From assembly GCF_902713615.1 (NCBI RefSeq), contig NC_052175.1, forward strand, positions 7,519,941 to 7,583,940: a stretch of 64,000 nt of DNA. The letters run 5' to 3'. The position numbers and the translations under genes were made by a program. Origin of the DNA: Scyliorhinus canicula. Its lineage: Eukaryota. Under the pieces are notes generated by a model. That model ran no database searches. It saw only the letters and a program-made list of their open reading frames with translations, and had not been told where the DNA came from. Below are positions 62,500 to 64,000 of the stretch, piece by piece; positions within the stretch are counted from its first letter, which is position 1, and each line of letters starts with the position of its first letter.

Positions 62500-62961
62500 G
62501 AAGCATAGAAAATAGGTGCATGAGGAGGTAATTCGGGCGTTCGAGTTTGCTCCGTCGTTCATTATGATCATGGATACCATTCAAATCAATACTTAAACCC
62601 GTTTACCACCCAGATCCGTTCATCCCCATTGCCCCAGGTGTTATATCTAACTGCTTTTTGAAAACATACAGAGTTTTGGCATCAACTACATCCTGTGGTA
62701 AAGAATTCCACAGGCTCACCAACCTCTGAGTGAAGACATTTCCCTTAATCTCTGTCGTAAATGGCCTACCCCGTATCCCGCATCCTCAGACTGTGACCCC
62801 TGGTTATGGACACATCAACCATCGGGGACATTCCGCATCTACCCTGGCTAATCCTGTTCGATTTTTATAGGTTTATATGTGATTACCCCCATTCATCTGA
62901 ACTCCAGGGAACACAATCCTAGCTGATTCAATCGTTCCTCATACGTCAGTTCCACCACTGA
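62500..62961 (-). mobile_element. CR1 3' end
   Basis: Minus strand ELTYEERLNQLGLCSLEFR; tail at 62500. Confidence 0.7.
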
Positions 62962-64000
62962 GGGGCAGCACAGTAGCATTGTGGATAGCACAATCGCTTC
63001 ACAGCTCCAGGGTCCCAGGTTCGATTCTGGCTTGGGGCACTGTCTGGACGGACTCTGCACATCCTCCCCGTGTCGCGAGGAGGCGGTGACGCGGGTTAGA
63101 ATGTAGCAGCGTTCCAATGGAATGTGACCTGGAGCCGGACGAGTGATTGATACAGCTCGAGCCGCGCCCAGGTGAGCTAGCATCGCAATCAGCTGGAGGA
63201 GTTTTGGGCCCCTTTTTTCCCCCCGCTGTGCTCTCAGGCCAAGGGGAGGCGGACCGTGCCGCTGGCTGAGCGCCGTCCTTCCGCAGGGCGGCTGTACTGA
63301 GCACTGGGCGGGCGGGAGAGGGGTAGGGTGGGGGAAGATTATGCTCGCTGCAGGTACCGGCCGACTCTCTGCCATCTGAATCGATCCGACGACACTACAC
63401 CGATTCGGCGCCAGGTTGCCGTCGACCGACCGCACCTCTTTCCCCCACCGCACCCCACCCTCTCGGCTGATCCCTTCAACCCACGCATTTAAAAAGAGGA
63501 GGCCGAGTCAAGCTGAGTTACTGTCAAATCATCTGGGTGTCTGGAGACGTCACCATGAAAAAAAAAAACAGGGGCAGAGGGTAGCATGGTGGTTAGCATA
63601 AATGCTTCACAGCTCCAGGGTCCCAGGTTCGATTCCCGGCTGCGTCACTGTCTGTGTGGAGTCTGCACGTCCTCCCCCTGTGTGCGTGGGTTTCCTCCGG
63701 GTGCTCCGGTTTCCTCCCACAGTCCAAAGATGTGCGGGCGGGTTAGGTGGATTGGCCATGCTAAATTGCTCGTAGTGTCCTAATAAAAGTAAGGTTAAGG
63801 GGGGGTTGTTGGGTTACAGGTGTAGGGTGCATACGTGGGTTTGAGTAGGGTGATCATGGCTCGGCACAACATTGTGGGCCGAAGGGCCTGTTCTGTGCTG
63901 TACTGTTCTATGTTCTATGTGTGTGCGTGGGTTTCCTCCGAGTGTCCCGGTTTCCTCCCACAGTCTAAAGATGAGCTGGTTAGGTGGATTGGCCATGATA
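62962..64000 (+). mobile_element. SINE split by a composite insertion (CpG-rich segment 63074-63570 plus young V-SINE 63571-63918)
   Basis: The host ends at cctccccgtgt (63073) and resumes at gtgtgtgcgtggg (63919); gtgt is duplicated. Confidence 0.8.

Noticed and set aside
62893-63453. 186-aa minus-strand ORF as a gene
   Set aside because: It runs across the GC-rich insert, a SINE and a CR1 end; an open frame by composition.

Overview
Repeat-dense eukaryotic DNA, almost certainly from a cartilaginous fish (catshark-like; inferred from HE1/V-SINE-type tRNA SINEs, their partner CR1 LINEs and a Penelope-like element). Most ORF-track entries are transposon debris or shadow ORFs. Two spliced immunoglobulin-superfamily genes can be built by hand on the + strand. 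Gene 1 (743-4622) has a pre-joined VJ exon with a FGxG J motif and no recombination signals, an 83-bp intron, a C1-set exon, an uncharged TM exon and two cytoplasmic exons ending in TVYARL (ITIM/ITSM-like). All splice phases are compatible, giving a non-rearranging antigen-receptor-like inhibitory receptor candidate. Gene 2 (51595-54862) has three phase-1 exons encoding LILR/LRC-type C2 Ig domains, plus a possible frameshifted GPI/TM tail exon at 57686-57827. Between and around them lie stacked CR1 LINEs, a Penelope element with an uninterrupted RT-GIY-YIG ORF, a 12-bp TSD and a hammerhead ribozyme, a nested solo LTR, a near full-length CR1 with tandem octamer/CCAAT monomers at its 5' end, over 20 SINEs, and a chimeric CpG-rich+SINE insertion. 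Neither gene's leader exon is securely identified, and no database search was possible.
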